Assembly: GCA_025839675.1 (NCBI GenBank)
Contig: CP104013.1
Coordinates: forward strand, 5,280,001 to 5,312,000
Source: Candidatus Lokiarchaeum ossiferum
Lineage (GTDB): Archaea; Asgardarchaeota; Lokiarchaeia; Sigyniarchaeales; Promethearchaeaceae
Reading direction: 5' to 3'
Length of the DNA: 32,000 nt
Of this stretch, positions 30,996-32,000 are shown piece by piece; positions within the stretch are counted from its first letter, which is position 1, and each line of letters opens with the position of its first letter. The position numbers and the translations under genes are program-made. Below the pieces are notes generated by a model. It did not search any database, had not been told where the DNA came from, and was given only the letters and a program-made list of their open reading frames with translations.

Positions 30996-31901
30996 TTAGA
31001 AATAGTTCATTAACTTCTTAATATCTTCCAAAAGATTAAACGAGTCCATTATTAGAGGTGATGCATCAAGAATTTTGGTAGAATCGTAGCCAAAAGTGAA
31101 ATAAAATGGTTCTTCTCCTATTTCAAATGCAATCATATATAATGTGATTTCTTTTACTTGAAGTGATATTTGCGACAAATTTAATTGTTTTTCTGTAAAA
31201 GTTTTAAATATTTCATGGGAAATATCTCGCATTTGTTGCTGATTAATTGCAGGATTGAAATAGTTTCCAATTTCCATCAGATTTTTTGTAAAAATCATTA
31301 TAAAATCACAACCATTTCCTTTGTTAATAAATTCCATGAATAATATTTGAAAATTATCATAAAGTGTTGTATTCTGGAAAATTGGCTTGGAAAATGCGCG
31401 TATAACATTTATTGGGTTGAAAATTGATGTCTTTGCAATTCTAATATTTAATGGTTGACTGAGTTCCAGAAATTTTTTTTGAAGGGTTTCATACATCTTG
31501 ATATGATCTTCACTGGCTTCAAAACCTGGATCAAATTTATTTATCAGCAAATTGATGGTAGCATCTGGAGAGTATTCCAAAATTGATTCTTTAATATCCC
31601 CAAAAAATGTCATTGATTCCGTCATTGCATCTTGATCTTGAAAATCAATAACAAAGAACAATTCTTCAATGCCGGAAAAATAGGTTTCTGCCTTCTTTTT
31701 ATAGGATTCGCGATATTTTTCTTGACCACCAAAATCCCAAACGACAATATCTGAATCAAGGAATTTTAGCTTGGAACGTTCAATTCCCTTGGTGGGTTTA
31801 ATGGCTTTTTCCAAGGTTTTAAATTCTCTTCGCAGAGTAAGGATTAAACTTGTTTTTCCTCCTCCCGCAATTCCTAAAATTGGTAACTTTCGAATAGGCA
31901 T
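30996..31901 (-). CDS. Small GTPase with a C-terminal roadblock-like domain (Rag/Gtr-like architecture), 301 aa; paralogue of 30009-30923
   Basis: G1 GIAGGGKTS, G2 PTKGIE, G3 WDFGGQ, G4 NKFD, and G5-like KTSIFNPINVIRAFSKPI. It is colinear with the neighbouring gene along its whole length. By eye the identity looks like roughly 40%. Confidence 0.75.
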   Translation of the reverse strand: MPIRKLPILGIAGGGKTSLILTLRREFKTLEKAIKPTKGIERSKLKFLDSDIVVWDFGGQEKYRESYKKKAETYFSGIEELFFVIDFQDQDAMTESMTFFGDIKESILEYSPDATINLLINKFDPGFEASEDHIKMYETLQKKFLELSQPLNIRIAKTSIFNPINVIRAFSKPIFQNTTLYDNFQILFMEFINKGNGCDFIMIFTKNLMEIGNYFNPAINQQQMRDISHEIFKTFTEKQLNLSQISLQVKEITLYMIAFEIGEEPFYFTFGYDSTKILDASPLIMDSFNLLEDIKKLMNYF

Positions 31902-32000
31902 TATTATAACTTTAATTTTAAACTTTTTAAAGCTTAAAAGTAATCATTTTGTTCAAAAACTACTTTTGAAGAGTTGAGAAATATTCCGAAATTGTGGTAT

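Noticed and set aside
1-32000. CRISPR arrays, tRNA/rRNA genes and long non-coding tandem repeats.
   Set aside because: I found no regularly spaced direct repeats outside coding LRR/TPR units. No tRNA T-loop/acceptor pattern (GGTTCRAWYC-type) or rRNA-like segments were noticed on either strand.

Overview
AT-rich, densely coding prokaryotic window. The gene content suggests an archaeon, plausibly an Asgard (Lokiarchaeia-like) lineage: two tandem Rag/Gtr-like GTPase+roadblock proteins with WDxGGQ, a TATA-like box about 28 nt before a first-gene ATG, SD-coupled internal genes, and an Asn-rich giant surface protein. This cannot be proven from the window alone. Layout: (i) 2-11533(+) is one giant ORF open to the left window edge (3843 aa in-window). 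It has beta-sandwich signatures, DxNGDG calcium-loop repeats, two hydrophobic membrane segments and a C-terminal deaminase-like toxin-type domain (DTE...PCRSC). (ii) 11526-13088(+) overlaps it by 8 nt and encodes a SUKH/SMI1-KNR4 immunity-type domain fused to 14 LRRs. (iii) 13.1-19.6 kb holds three unrelated mobile elements: a frameshifted IS4/IS5-type DDE transposase; a complete-looking group II intron (GUGCG 5' end, RT/maturase, canonical 34-nt domain V, domain VI with bulged A); and an IS110-family element with a 366-nt structured leader (bridge-RNA candidate) and a D->N change in its first catalytic motif. (iv) 19.7-28.6 kb encodes two paralogous SIR2-TPR proteins (catalytic-position Asn and His intact, no NTPase domain) separated by an antisense class I SAM methyltransferase. 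I consider this the best candidate for an undescribed NAD-targeting defence/conflict system. (v) 28756-29982 is an orphan CheR-like methyltransferase with a duplicated N-terminal domain. (vi) 30009-31901 holds the two Rag-like GTPases. I saw no rRNA, tRNA or CRISPR array. All family calls come from motif recognition by eye, not database searches.
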